Source of the DNA: Candidatus Omnitrophota bacterium
Lineage (GTDB): Bacteria; Omnitrophota; Gorgyraeia; Gygaellales; JAHJCI01
Direction of reading: 5' to 3'
Assembly (NCBI GenBank): GCA_043812035.1
Contig: JBDRMR010000072.1
Span: 1-58,357 of the forward strand
DNA: 58,357 nucleotides
Shown here one piece after another: positions 18,588 through 27,951 of the stretch (within the stretch, counting starts at the first letter, position 1; each line of letters opens with the position of its first letter). The notes under the pieces are model-generated. The model worked only from the letters and a program-made list of their open reading frames with translations, was not told the DNA's origin and made no database searches. The position numbers and the translations under genes are program-made.

Positions 18588-20485
18588 CTCTTAACCTCTT
18601 CTTTTATTTTCTTGAAGGCGTCTATCGTCTCGCGCAAAAGCCGGCAGTACAAGTCAAAACCAATCGCGGTAATAAACCCGTGCTGTTCGGTTCCGAGAAG
18701 ATTTCCCGCCCCGCGGATTTCCAAATCCTGCATCGCAATCTTGAAACCCGAGCCTAACTCGGAGTATTCCTGCAGAGCAGCGAGTCTTTTTTTGGCGTCG
18801 TCGCTCAATACCCCTTTGCGGGGAATAAGAAAATAGGCATAAGCTGACCGGTTAAATCTGCCTACCCTCCCCCGTAATTGATGCAACTCCGCCAGCCCGA
18901 AATTATCCGCATTGTTCACGATAAGGGTATTGACGTTCGGTATATCCAGGCCCGACTCAATAATCGACGTTGAAATAAGCACGTCGATTTTAGAATTTAA
19001 AAATTCCCTCATTGCAGATTCTATCATTTGGCCGGGCATCTGGCCGTGCACGACCCCCAACCTCACCCGCAAAGGAAGCATCCGGCTTAATTTCTGCTTA
19101 ACCTTATCAATATCCTGAACCCGGTTATGCACGAAATAAACCTGTCCTTTTCGCTTTACCTCGTTTAAAACAGCCTGGCGGATTAAATCCTCGTCATATT
19201 CTAACACAAAGGTCTTAATCGGCAAGCGATTTTGCGGCGGAGTATCTATGACCGAAATGTCCCTGAGCTGCATTAAGCTCATGTACAAAGTTCTCGGTAT
19301 CGGCGTTGCGGTAAGGGTCAGCACATCGCAGTTTAAGCGCAATTGCTTCAACTTCTCCTTGCTCTTGACGCCGAATCTCTGCTCCTCGTCGATAATGACC
19401 AATCCGAGGTCCTTAAACTTGATGTCTTCGGCTAAAAGACGGTGGGTGCCGATGACTATATCGACCCTGCCTTCGGCCAAATCCTTTATTATTTTATCCT
19501 GGTCGCTCCTCTTTACCAATCGGGAAAGCATCTCCGGGCGGATAGGAAATTTTTCCACGCGTTTGTTAAAATTCTGATAATGCTGCTCGGCCAGGATAGT
19601 GGTGGGGACTAAAATTGCGGCCTGCCTTTCGCTCATTACGCATTTATAGGCGGCTCTCAACGCCACCTCGGTTTTTCCGTAACCCACGTCCCCGCACAGC
19701 AGCCTGTCCATCGGCTTGGAAGATTCCATATCCTGCCCTGTCTCTTCCCAGGCCTTGACCTGGCCGGGCGTTTCCGGGAAAGGAAACCCTGCCTCAAATT
19801 CCTCCTGCCAGGGCGTGTCTTTGGAGAAAGCGGTTCCGCTCTTTGTCTTGCGCATGGCCTCCACGGACAACAATTCCCAAGCCAGCTGCTGAATGCCCCT
19901 CCTGGCTCTCTGTTTGGTCCGCTGCCAATCCTTGGTTCCCAGCCTGTTCAATTTCGGCCGGCGGGCGCCGAAGGCAACGTATTTCTGGACTAAGTGTACC
20001 TGGTCTATGGGAACGAATAATTTTTCCTGGCGGTCATACTCTATAACCAGATGCTGCTGATATTCATCCGCCGCTTTAATTTTCTCCAAACCCAGAAACT
20101 TGCCGATGCCGTAGCGGTTATGAACCACATAATCGCCAAACTTTATATCTAAAAAATTCGCAAGCGGCAGGTCCTCTTTAAAATGGACGATGCGCGTTAA
20201 GCGGCCCTTGGTTACCGGCAGGATTATCACAACGGTATGGTCCCAAAAACTTTTTCCGGTGGCTAAATCGACGCTTCGCAGGGTCTGAATCCGGTCAGAC
20301 TCCCACTCGATGCGTAAAGGAAGCTCAAAGGTAACCGGCCAAATGTCGATAATGCCGCCGCGCCGGGAGAATTCCCCTTCGGTCGTTATTTGTTCCTGGC
20401 GGCTGTATCCGTATTCGAAAAAGATAGACAACAATCTCTCCATATCTAATTCCTGATTGATGAATAATTTTACGGAAGGAAACAT
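18584..20485 (-). CDS. mfd: transcription-repair coupling factor, strongly shortened form
   Basis: Start moved to ATG 20485 (MFPSVK...), directly after the secDF stop. RID GDYVVHNRYGIGKFLG; helicase motifs GDVGYGKTEVALRAA, DEEQRFG, TATPIPRT, QLRGRVGR. Ends right after GFDLYCRLL. Confidence 0.85.
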   Translation of the reverse strand: MFPSVKLFINQELDMERLLSIFFEYGYSRQEQITTEGEFSRRGGIIDIWPVTFELPLRIEWESDRIQTLRSVDLATGKSFWDHTVVIILPVTKGRLTRIVHFKEDLPLANFLDIKFGDYVVHNRYGIGKFLGLEKIKAADEYQQHLVIEYDRQEKLFVPIDQVHLVQKYVAFGARRPKLNRLGTKDWQRTKQRARRGIQQLAWELLSVEAMRKTKSGTAFSKDTPWQEEFEAGFPFPETPGQVKAWEETGQDMESSKPMDRLLCGDVGYGKTEVALRAAYKCVMSERQAAILVPTTILAEQHYQNFNKRVEKFPIRPEMLSRLVKRSDQDKIIKDLAEGRVDIVIGTHRLLAEDIKFKDLGLVIIDEEQRFGVKSKEKLKQLRLNCDVLTLTATPIPRTLYMSLMQLRDISVIDTPPQNRLPIKTFVLEYDEDLIRQAVLNEVKRKGQVYFVHNRVQDIDKVKQKLSRMLPLRVRLGVVHGQMPGQMIESAMREFLNSKIDVLISTSIIESGLDIPNVNTLIVNNADNFGLAELHQLRGRVGRFNRSAYAYFLIPRKGVLSDDAKKRLAALQEYSELGSGFKIAMQDLEIRGAGNLLGTEQHGFITAIGFDLYCRLLRETIDAFKKIKEEVKR

Positions 20486-20487
20486 TG

Positions 20488-22698
20488 CTATCTGGGAAGA
20501 GGTTTTGCTGAACGGCTCCAGGCGAGCACTAAGGGCGAAACGATGAAAATAGTAGAATAAGTGCCGGCAATAAATCCGACAAAAAGGGCGAAAGCGAAAT
20601 TGCTTAAAATTTGGCCGCCCCAAACAAGGAGCGTGGCCACGACCAGAAGAGTGGTAAAGGTTGTCATCAGCGTTCTGTTTAACGTCTGATTAATGCTTAG
20701 GTTAATCAAGTCGGCAAATCCGGTTTTTGGCAAGATTTTGCGATTTTCCCTCAAGCGGTCATAGATAATTATCGTATCGTTTATGGAGTAACCGGCGATG
20801 CTTAATATTGCCGTTATCGTGATTAAGTCGATCTGCCTGCCGGTTAAGCCCATAAATCCCAGGGTGATTAAAGAGTCGTGAAACAGGGCGATAACCCCCG
20901 CAACCGCAAAGTTAAATTGCTTGAAGCGGAAAGTCACGTAAATGAGGATACCCACGAGAGCCCAGATTAACGCTGAGGTAGCTTTGCTTCTTAAGTGCCG
21001 CCCGGCCACCGGACCGACGTTTTCTACTCTCAGGATATCTATGTTTTGATTACCGAACGCCTGCTTAAGATGTGCGGTAATATCCTCTCCCTCCTTGTCT
21101 GAGGTTTTAATCAAATAAACTCCGGGGTTATCTTTAAACCGCTGTATGGAAGCGTTGGCCTGGCCGATTTCAGCCAAAGCCTGGCGCACTTCTTTTATGG
21201 GAACCGGCTGCTCGAATTTATATTCCTGAACCTTGCCCCCGGTAAAATCGATGCCCCAGGCTGTGCTGCCCTTAGATAATACCGCGGCTAACCCCGCAAC
21301 CAACGCAATCGCCGAGATTGCATAGCATATTCTCCTCTTGGCGATAAAATTAACACGGGTATCTCTGAGGAACTTGTGCAATGTCAATTTTTTTAACCCG
21401 AATTTGCGCACTAATGTCTCTAAAATAGTGCGGGTGACTATTAACGCCGTAAACAAACTGCTCAGAATACCGATGGTCAGCGTCACTGCGAATCCACGCA
21501 CCGGACCCGTTCCGAATTGAAACAATAAGAATGCGGCAATCAAGGTGGTAAGGTTAGAATCTATAATTGCGGAAAAAGCTTTTCCGTAGCCGTTTGAGAT
21601 TACGGTGACCATCGGCCGGCCGAGATTAAACTCCTCCCGCATCCGTTCGTTAATCAAGACATTGGCGTCCACCGCCATACCCAAAGACAGAACGATGCCG
21701 GCAATGCCCGGTAAAGTAAGAGTGGCGGAAACGCCGGGGAAAAGCACCGGCAGAAGCCCTAAGCCGCCGAAGATAAAAACTAAATTCAAAAGCAGGGCTA
21801 AATCCGCAATCAGGCCGGCGAGATGATAAATGGCTACCATGAATATAAGAAGCAGACTTAGGCCTATAGCGCTTGCCTTAAGGCCGGCCCTGATGGAATC
21901 CTGGCCAAGCAGAGGCCCAATCGTCCTTTCCTCCTCGACTACTGTCGGCGCGGGCAGCGCGCCGATCCTTAAAACCAGGGCCAGGTCCTGCGCTTTCTCG
22001 AGCGTAAATCGGCCGCTGATTACCGCTTCTCCCGAAGGAATTTCTTCTCTTATCCGGGGAGCGGATTGCGGCTTCCCGTCGAGAACGATAGCCAGCCTCC
22101 TGCCGACGTTGTTTGCGGTAAATTCGGCGAATTTTCTCGTTCCTTCCGGATTAAATTCCATAGCCACAATCGGCTGCCCGAACGCAGAAGAATCAAAACG
22201 CACGTAGGCATTCTTCAAAGCCTCTCCGGTCAGGACAGCCTCCTTTTCCAAGAGCAGTAGCTCCTCATCCTCTGGAAGGTATTTTAATTCGTATCCCTCC
22301 GGAATCTCTCCCCCAAGAGCCTTGGATAATTTCTCCTTATCGTCGGAAACCAATTTAAATTCCAGGAATGCGGTCCGGCCTATTAACCTTAATGCCCGCT
22401 CCCTATCCGTGATTCCGGGCAATTGGACCACTATCTCGTCTTTCCCCTGCTTTTGTATTATCGGTTCGCGGACGCCGAATTCGTCAATCCGGTTACGCAA
22501 TATCTCGACTGCCCGGTCAACCGCTCCTTCCCTGGACTGCTCATTGAGCCGGCTCGTATCAACTCTTAATAAAAGGTGCATGCCGCCCTTCAGGTCCAGG
22601 CCGAGATTTATTCTCTTCTCCAAAGGGAAGGCATAAAAAGCCATCAGGCCGACAAGACACAGTATCAATATTGTTTTATACAGAAGTTTCCTTGGCAT
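20488..22698 (-). CDS. secDF: protein translocase subunit SecDF fusion
   Basis: 736 aa. LGLDLKGGMHLL SecD motif, two 6-TM halves. Confidence 0.9.
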   Translation of the reverse strand: MPRKLLYKTILILCLVGLMAFYAFPLEKRINLGLDLKGGMHLLLRVDTSRLNEQSREGAVDRAVEILRNRIDEFGVREPIIQKQGKDEIVVQLPGITDRERALRLIGRTAFLEFKLVSDDKEKLSKALGGEIPEGYELKYLPEDEELLLLEKEAVLTGEALKNAYVRFDSSAFGQPIVAMEFNPEGTRKFAEFTANNVGRRLAIVLDGKPQSAPRIREEIPSGEAVISGRFTLEKAQDLALVLRIGALPAPTVVEEERTIGPLLGQDSIRAGLKASAIGLSLLLIFMVAIYHLAGLIADLALLLNLVFIFGGLGLLPVLFPGVSATLTLPGIAGIVLSLGMAVDANVLINERMREEFNLGRPMVTVISNGYGKAFSAIIDSNLTTLIAAFLLFQFGTGPVRGFAVTLTIGILSSLFTALIVTRTILETLVRKFGLKKLTLHKFLRDTRVNFIAKRRICYAISAIALVAGLAAVLSKGSTAWGIDFTGGKVQEYKFEQPVPIKEVRQALAEIGQANASIQRFKDNPGVYLIKTSDKEGEDITAHLKQAFGNQNIDILRVENVGPVAGRHLRSKATSALIWALVGILIYVTFRFKQFNFAVAGVIALFHDSLITLGFMGLTGRQIDLITITAILSIAGYSINDTIIIYDRLRENRKILPKTGFADLINLSINQTLNRTLMTTFTTLLVVATLLVWGGQILSNFAFALFVGFIAGTYSTIFIVSPLVLAWSRSAKPLPR

Positions 22699-22744
22699 CT
22701 TTTTTAGTGTTTAGCGTATAGGAAATACTAAACGCTATGCGCTC
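22699..22744. repeat. TAGCGTA/AAACGCT word hairpin in the yajC-secDF spacer
   Basis: gtgtttagcgtataggaaatactaaacgctatgcgc. Same word family as 1586-1705 and 32854-32892. Confidence 0.6.
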
Positions 22745-23020
22745 TTAGGATTTCTTCAAATAAGCAATGCAGTTCTTATCCAGCTCGACCTTTACGTTGT
22801 CGTCTATACGCAAAATTACCGTCTTGTCTTTAACGTTAATAATCTTGCCGTGAACGCCCCCCGTGGTTACGACCTCGTCGTTTTTTTCCACGTTTTGAAT
22901 CATTTTCTGATGCTCTTTCTGGCTCAATCTCTGCGGCCTGATAAGCAAGAAATAGAAAATGACAAAAATAATAATCAGAGGCAATAAATTAACTAAAGGA
23001 TTAACGGCGGCGGATTCCAT
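22745..23020 (-). CDS. yajC: preprotein translocase subunit YajC
   Basis: ATG at 23020 (the ORF track starts at an upstream TTG). MESAAVNPLVNLLPLIIIFVIFYFLLIRPQ...VVTTGGVHGKI. Confidence 0.9.
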   Translation of the reverse strand: MESAAVNPLVNLLPLIIIFVIFYFLLIRPQRLSQKEHQKMIQNVEKNDEVVTTGGVHGKIINVKDKTVILRIDDNVKVELDKNCIAYLKKS

Positions 23021-23026
23021 AATCAA

Positions 23027-23120
23027 CTCCCTTCTTCAATGAGCCCACAACTTACGGAGTCCAAAGGACGACGTAAGTTGTTTGGGCGAATTGAACCCTT
23101 GACATCGTAGATGTCAAGGG
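23027..23120 (-). promoter_or_regulatory. leader cassette copy A (rearranged): TTGACA hairpin, then P1/P3 long hairpin, then the SD of yajC
   Basis: Minus-sense CCCTTGACATCTACGATGTCAAGGG, TTCAAT-TC-GCCC-AA-ACAACTTACG-TC-GTCC-TTT-GGAC-TC-CGTAAGTTGT-GGGC-TC-ATTGAA, then GAAGGGAG. Homologous to copies B-D. Confidence 0.75.
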
Positions 23121-23125
23121 TAAAC

Positions 23126-23404
23126 TCAGCCAGACGACTTAGCTTCACTCTCGTTCGCTAAGTCGTGGCTTCGTTTAACCAAACCGCTTACGGTTTCGGA
23201 CATCTGAGCGCCGCAGGACAGCCAGTAATTAAGTCTTTGCGTGTTTATCTTAATTACCGCCGGCTCTTTGGTGGGGTCGTAATAGCCCAACTCTTCGATA
23301 GAACGGCTGTCTCGCGACTTTCTTTTGTCAAAAACGCTGATGCGGAAAAAGTATCTCTTTTTAGAGCTTTTGCCTATCTTTCTTAATCTTATACGCACTG
23401 ACAT
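23126..23404 (-). CDS. rpsP: 30S ribosomal protein S16
   Basis: 92 aa. MSVRIRLRKIGKSSKKRYFFRISVFDKRKSRDSRSIEELGYYDP. The last ~14 codons coincide with hairpin module Y (23129-23168). Confidence 0.95.
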   Translation of the reverse strand: MSVRIRLRKIGKSSKKRYFFRISVFDKRKSRDSRSIEELGYYDPTKEPAVIKINTQRLNYWLSCGAQMSETVSGLVKRSHDLANESEAKSSG

Positions 23405-23432
23405 CGATTACCCTCCTTTGTCTCCTTAATCC

Positions 23433-24911
23433 TTACTCCTTAATAATTGCTTCGACCTGCGCCTTTGCCTTATTTACCGTCTCCTGATACTCTTTCTCCG
23501 GATTCGAGTCGGCGACAATTCCGCCGCCGGCTTGGACATAGGCTTTTTTGCCCTTAATCAATATGGTCCGTATCGTAATGCATGTATCCAGATTGCCTGA
23601 AAAGCTAAAATAACCTACGCATCCCGCATACGGTCCCCGCCTGGTATTCTCCAGCTCGTCAATTATTTCCATGGCCCTGACCTTGGAGCTGCCGCTTACC
23701 GTACCCGCAGGAAAAGTCGCCCTTAAACAATCGTAAATATCTCTGTCTCTGCGTAACTTTCCCTCTACCTCGCTTACCAGGTGCATTACGTGAGAGTATC
23801 TTTCCACGTGCATAAAGTTTTTAACTCTGACCGTTCCAAAATCGCATACCCGGCCCAAATCGTTCCTTCCCAAATCTACCAGCATTATGTGCTCGGCTTT
23901 CTCTTTCTTGCTGCCTAACAGTTGAGCTTCCAATCTTTGGTCTTCTTTCTCGTCAATGCCCCTGGGCCGGGTTCCGGCAATCGGACGGGTTATTACCCTT
24001 CTGCCTTCACAGCGCACCAACGCTTCCGGAGAAGCGCCCAATAAGAAAAGGTCTTTCAGCTCCAAGAAAAACATATAGCTGGAAGGATTCAAACTCCTCA
24101 AGTCCCGGTAGATATCCAGAGGCGACTTCCCGCATAAAGACAGACAAAAGCGCTGAGAGGGCACCACCTGAATGATGTCTCCGCGGCGAATATAGGTTTT
24201 TGCTTTTTTTATAAGTTTTAAATAATCGGCTTTTTTGAAATTCGAATGAATCTTCGGCTCGGGCTTATGCTTTGCGCGTTCATTCCTTATTCTCCCAAGA
24301 GGGTTTGTCAGCCGGCAATGGAGCTGTTCTATTTTTTTCTTTGCGATATTATAACATTTTCCGGCGCTTCGGCCGTCCGGAATAAAAGCATTGGACACGA
24401 TTTTTATAGTGTGGTGCAGGTGGTCAAAAACAAGCAAAGTATCGCTTAAGACCCACACGCTGTCCCAGGTTTTCAAATCGTCGGGGTTTTTATCCGGAAT
24501 TTTTTCAAAGAACCGGACTACGTCGTATCCTAAATATCCCACAAACCCTCCGCAGAAACGGGGCAAATCGCCGTGCAAAACCACCTTAAAGCCGGACATT
24601 ACCTTCTTAATCTCATCAAGAGGATCCTTTGCCGCTTTAAATCTCTTTACCGTGCCCCTTCGGCTGTTGAATATTTCCATCCGGCCTGCCTTGCTCCTTA
24701 AAACCCAGGCGGGCTCGGTGCCCAAAAACGAATACCGGGCAATTGCCTGGGCTCCCTCCACGGATTCCAGAAGATAATTGTATCGCCCGCGCCTGATTTT
24801 CAAAAACGCCGAAACCGGCGTATCCAAATCCGCGCGTATCTCTTTATATACCGGGATAAGATTGCCTTTCTTAGATAATCTCAAGAATTCTTTTAGCGAA
24901 GGGCTGTACAT
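23433..24911 (-). CDS. trpE: anthranilate synthase component I (chorismate-binding enzyme)
   Basis: 492 aa. [34 protein letters not shown] PabB assignment cannot be fully excluded. Confidence 0.8.
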   Translation of the reverse strand: MYSPSLKEFLRLSKKGNLIPVYKEIRADLDTPVSAFLKIRRGRYNYLLESVEGAQAIARYSFLGTEPAWVLRSKAGRMEIFNSRRGTVKRFKAAKDPLDEIKKVMSGFKVVLHGDLPRFCGGFVGYLGYDVVRFFEKIPDKNPDDLKTWDSVWVLSDTLLVFDHLHHTIKIVSNAFIPDGRSAGKCYNIAKKKIEQLHCRLTNPLGRIRNERAKHKPEPKIHSNFKKADYLKLIKKAKTYIRRGDIIQVVPSQRFCLSLCGKSPLDIYRDLRSLNPSSYMFFLELKDLFLLGASPEALVRCEGRRVITRPIAGTRPRGIDEKEDQRLEAQLLGSKKEKAEHIMLVDLGRNDLGRVCDFGTVRVKNFMHVERYSHVMHLVSEVEGKLRRDRDIYDCLRATFPAGTVSGSSKVRAMEIIDELENTRRGPYAGCVGYFSFSGNLDTCITIRTILIKGKKAYVQAGGGIVADSNPEKEYQETVNKAKAQVEAIIKE

Positions 24912-24914
24912 AAT

Positions 24915-25304
24915 TTAAAAAAGAAACTTCTTTTTTGTAACCTTATGTAACTTTATGGAACATCGTGTAACCTTACGCAACCTCTTCATAGATAGCCTTC
25001 TGAAAAAACAAGAATAATTCCCCGTATGGCAAGCGGCGCCTTTCTGCCGGACCTTTATAAGCAACGCGTCCGCATCGCAGTCATAATATATAGATTTTAC
25101 CCTCTGGAAATTTCCGGTGGTTGCTCCCTTTACCCAATACTCTTTGCGCGAGCGCGACCAGAAACAGGTCAATCCCGAGCTCAACGTCCTGCGCAGGGAT
25201 TCCTTATTCATATAAGCGAGCATCAAGACTTCTTTGGTCTTATAGTCTTGAATGACCGCAGGAATTAAGCCCTTTTTGTCAAATTTTAAGTCTTTGATTT
25301 TCAT
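24915..25304 (-). CDS. hisI: phosphoribosyl-AMP cyclohydrolase with repeat-derived C-terminal tail
   Basis: 129 aa. [21 protein letters not shown] ~27 aa basic tail is encoded by GTAAC-word DNA (24915-24998). Confidence 0.9.
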   Translation of the reverse strand: MKIKDLKFDKKGLIPAVIQDYKTKEVLMLAYMNKESLRRTLSSGLTCFWSRSRKEYWVKGATTGNFQRVKSIYYDCDADALLIKVRQKGAACHTGNYSCFFRRLSMKRLRKVTRCSIKLHKVTKKKFLF

Positions 25305-26077
25305 TTCAGCCTCACCGGAATGCCGTTATTCGCCAGGTATTGCTTGACCTGGCTTATGGAAAGCTCTTGATAATGGAATATCGACGCAGCCAAGGCAGCG
25401 TCTGCCCCTGCCTTTGAAAATACGTCCAGAAAATGCTCGGGCTTGCCCGCTCCGCCGGAAGCGATTACCGGGACACCAACCGCATCTACAACGCTCCCGG
25501 TCAAATCCAAATCATAGCCGTCTTTAGTTCCGTCGAAATCCATGCTGGTAAGAAGTATTTCCCCCGCTCCGAGCTCGGCGGCCTGCCTTGCCCATTCAAC
25601 GGCATTTAACTCCGTCGGCGTTCTGCCTCCGTTTATAAAAACTTGCCAGGATTTAGCTTGAGGCCCTTCCCCCCCGGCTAACTTGGCGTCAATCGCCGCC
25701 ACAATGCACTGACATCCGAAACGCCTGCTGGCGTATTGTATTAAATCCGGGCATTTCACCGCAGCCGTATTTAAGGAAACCTTGTCTGCTCCGGCGTTCA
25801 GCAAATCGCGGATATCGGATAAATCCCTTATTCCTCCCCCCACGGTAAATGGCATAAAAATCTTTTGGGCTATTTTTTCAACGAGATTTATGAGGATTTT
25901 TCTTTTTTCAAAGCTGGCGGTTATGTCTAAAAAGACCAGCTCGTCCGCTCCCTGTTGATTGTAGATTTCGGCCACCTCAACCGGATCTCCGGCGTCCCTC
26001 AATCCCAAAAACCTTATGCCTTTTACCACTCTGGCGTCCTTTATATCCAGACAGGGAATAATGCGCTTAGTAAGCAT
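25301..26077 (-). CDS. hisF: imidazole glycerol phosphate synthase cyclase subunit
   Basis: 258 aa. [20 protein letters not shown]. Confidence 0.95.
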   Translation of the reverse strand: MLTKRIIPCLDIKDARVVKGIRFLGLRDAGDPVEVAEIYNQQGADELVFLDITASFEKRKILINLVEKIAQKIFMPFTVGGGIRDLSDIRDLLNAGADKVSLNTAAVKCPDLIQYASRRFGCQCIVAAIDAKLAGGEGPQAKSWQVFINGGRTPTELNAVEWARQAAELGAGEILLTSMDFDGTKDGYDLDLTGSVVDAVGVPVIASGGAGKPEHFLDVFSKAGADAALAASIFHYQELSISQVKQYLANNGIPVRLK

Positions 26078-26082
26078 AGCCT

Positions 26083-26598
26083 TTATTTTTTCGGCTCCAA
26101 ATATTGTCGTAAAAGATCCCAGGTTTGCTTATCCAGGCGGCCGTCTGCGGTCAGGCCGTGCGCCTTTTGAAATTCTTTAAGAGCTTCTTGAGTCCGGGGC
26201 CCGATCTGCCCGTCAATTGTTCCCGGGTCAAACCCCGCATTCCTTAAAGCGGTCTGCACCTTCATCACGGACTTATAATAGGTCTTAGCCCTTGCTTCCT
26301 TTTTCTGCTCCCGGAATGCCTCGGTTAAATCTTCGAGCTTTTTTTGCTGTTCGTTAAGAGCCTTTAACAACTCTGCTTTTTCCTGTTTTTCTTTCTCCAG
26401 GACGTTGGTTAAGCTGATAATCTCCGAATCCTTTTTTAGAACGTTTGCCTCCAGTGCAGAAATTCTGTTCTCTAATGCCTGCGTCTGTGATTCATCCGGT
26501 TTTTCCGGCACGGTTACGCAACCTGCAACAGAAATTAAAAATACCAGAACCGCCAGCGTTTTAAGGTATCTGCCCGACATCTTATTCCTCCTTCTCAA
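26083..26598 (-). CDS. coiled-coil lipoprotein with C-terminal peptidoglycan-binding (PG_binding_1) domain
   Basis: 171 aa. Lipobox VAGC, heptad-rich middle, [37 protein letters not shown]. Confidence 0.75.
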   Translation of the reverse strand: MRRRNKMSGRYLKTLAVLVFLISVAGCVTVPEKPDESQTQALENRISALEANVLKKDSEIISLTNVLEKEKQEKAELLKALNEQQKKLEDLTEAFREQKKEARAKTYYKSVMKVQTALRNAGFDPGTIDGQIGPRTQEALKEFQKAHGLTADGRLDKQTWDLLRQYLEPKK

Positions 26599-27314
26599 AC
26601 CGCCTTCATTGCTTCCCTTAGAGTAAATTTTCCCTCATACAGCGCCTTGCCGATAATTACTCCCGTCAGGCCCTGCTTGCCTAAAGGTTTCAATCTGTAT
26701 ATGTCGACAAGGCTGGAAATACCGCCCGAAACGATAACCGAAAGGCCGGAATTATTCAGAATTTTTTTAACCATAGCGATATTCGGCCCTTTCAAAGTGC
26801 CGTCGCGGAAAATATCCGTATAAATAACTTCCTTAAAGCCGATGTCTTCGAGTTTCCTGATTAATTCGAGGATACCTACTCCTTTGTATTCTCTCTGCCA
26901 GCCGCTCAGCTTTACTACCTTGTCCTGGACGTCGATGCTTACGATTACTTTCTGCTTGAATTCTCTGAACACCTTACGCAAGAACTTCTCGTCCTGCAGC
27001 TTTGTGCCCAAAACGACCCTGTTGGCTCCGCAGTTCAATACCTGCTTTATGGACTTCTCGTCCCTCAATCCTCCCCCGAATTCGATGGGAATCCGCACAC
27101 TCTTGGCCATCTTCTTTATTACGTCCAGGTGGCAGATTTTTCCGGTTTTGGCTCCGTCTAAGTCCACGACGTGCAAATACTTTGCGCCCTGCTTCTCCCA
27201 GTGCCGGGCAGTGCTTACCGGGTTAGAGGAGTATGTTTTTTTCTTGTCAAAATGGCCCCGGAATAATCTGACTACCTTGCCTTCCTTTAAATCAATTGCC
27301 GGTATAATCAACAT
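26595..27314 (-). CDS. hisA: ProFAR isomerase
   Basis: 239 aa. MLIIPAIDLKEGKVVRL. Confidence 0.95.
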   Translation of the reverse strand: MLIIPAIDLKEGKVVRLFRGHFDKKKTYSSNPVSTARHWEKQGAKYLHVVDLDGAKTGKICHLDVIKKMAKSVRIPIEFGGGLRDEKSIKQVLNCGANRVVLGTKLQDEKFLRKVFREFKQKVIVSIDVQDKVVKLSGWQREYKGVGILELIRKLEDIGFKEVIYTDIFRDGTLKGPNIAMVKKILNNSGLSVIVSGGISSLVDIYRLKPLGKQGLTGVIIGKALYEGKFTLREAMKAV

Positions 27315-27320
27315 TGTCCG

Positions 27321-27938
27321 CTATAACTCTACAAAGTTTTTTAAAATCTTAAGCCCCGTGCTCAGACTCTTTTCCGGATGAAACTGCACCCCGAAAACGT
27401 TATCCCGGTTTATAACGGCGGCAAAATCTATGCCGTAGTCGCTGGTCGCGGCGACAATGCTTTCGTCCTGGGGCTGGGCATAATAAGAGTGGCAAAAATA
27501 CACGTTGGTGCCTGAGGGGATATCTTTTAACAAGCCTCTGCAGGGGTGCTTTGGCGTCGAGGCGCAATCTATTTGATTCCAGCCGATGTGAGGCACTTTA
27601 AATCCCTTTATATTGAATTTTTTTACCGTCCCCCTCAATACGCCGAGGCCCCGGGCATCCCCGGATTCTTCGCTCTGCTCAAAAAGCAGCTGCATCCCCA
27701 GACAAATACCGAGAAAACATTTTCCCTTTTTTATCGAGTCCAGCACGGCTTGGGTAAGATTTCTTTCCTTTAACCCTTCCACTCCGTCGCAAAACGCACC
27801 CACGCCCGGCAGGACAACCTTATCCGCAGCCAGAATCTTCTCAGGCTTATCGGTTACTAAAACCCGGGCTCCGGCTAACTGAGTAGCCTTGGCTACGCTG
27901 TGAATATTGCCCATACCGTAATCAATAACCGCTATCAT
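27321..27938 (-). CDS. hisH: imidazole glycerol phosphate synthase glutaminase subunit
   Basis: ATG 27938 with SD GAAGGG (the ORF track starts at TTG 27959). IAVIDYGMGNIHSV, GICLGMQLL, HSY. Confidence 0.9.
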   Translation of the reverse strand: MIAVIDYGMGNIHSVAKATQLAGARVLVTDKPEKILAADKVVLPGVGAFCDGVEGLKERNLTQAVLDSIKKGKCFLGICLGMQLLFEQSEESGDARGLGVLRGTVKKFNIKGFKVPHIGWNQIDCASTPKHPCRGLLKDIPSGTNVYFCHSYYAQPQDESIVAATSDYGIDFAAVINRDNVFGVQFHPEKSLSTGLKILKNFVEL

Positions 27939-27951
27939 TTTAACCCTTCGA

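Noticed and set aside
20486-20623. N-terminal extensions offered by the ORF track for mfd (to 20623), acpS (to 31236), hisH (to 27959), ctpA (to 55229), yajC (to 23026), the STAS-kinase (to 45923) and the pseudopilin (to 42092).
   Set aside because: The extensions overlap the preceding gene or the leader cassette, start at non-ATG codons or lack an SD, and do not match the family N-termini. The downstream ATGs fit better.
23433-24911. Calling the chorismate-binding enzyme PabB instead of TrpE, given its position next to folate-unrelated his genes and the absence of trpG.
   Set aside because: The N-terminal region ([29 protein letters not shown]) matches the TrpE regulatory and N-terminal pattern better. 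The ambiguity is noted in the feature confidence.
26842-27381. Long antisense ORFs inside conserved genes: 2732..3154, 3813..4244, 16271..16666, 24391..24777, 26842..27381, 29365..29871, 33038..33568, 34257..34673, 39604..40011 and 54610..55014.
   Set aside because: Each is opposite a gene with unmistakable family motifs. The translations are low-complexity (Ser/Pro/Leu/Arg rich) with no recognisable domains.
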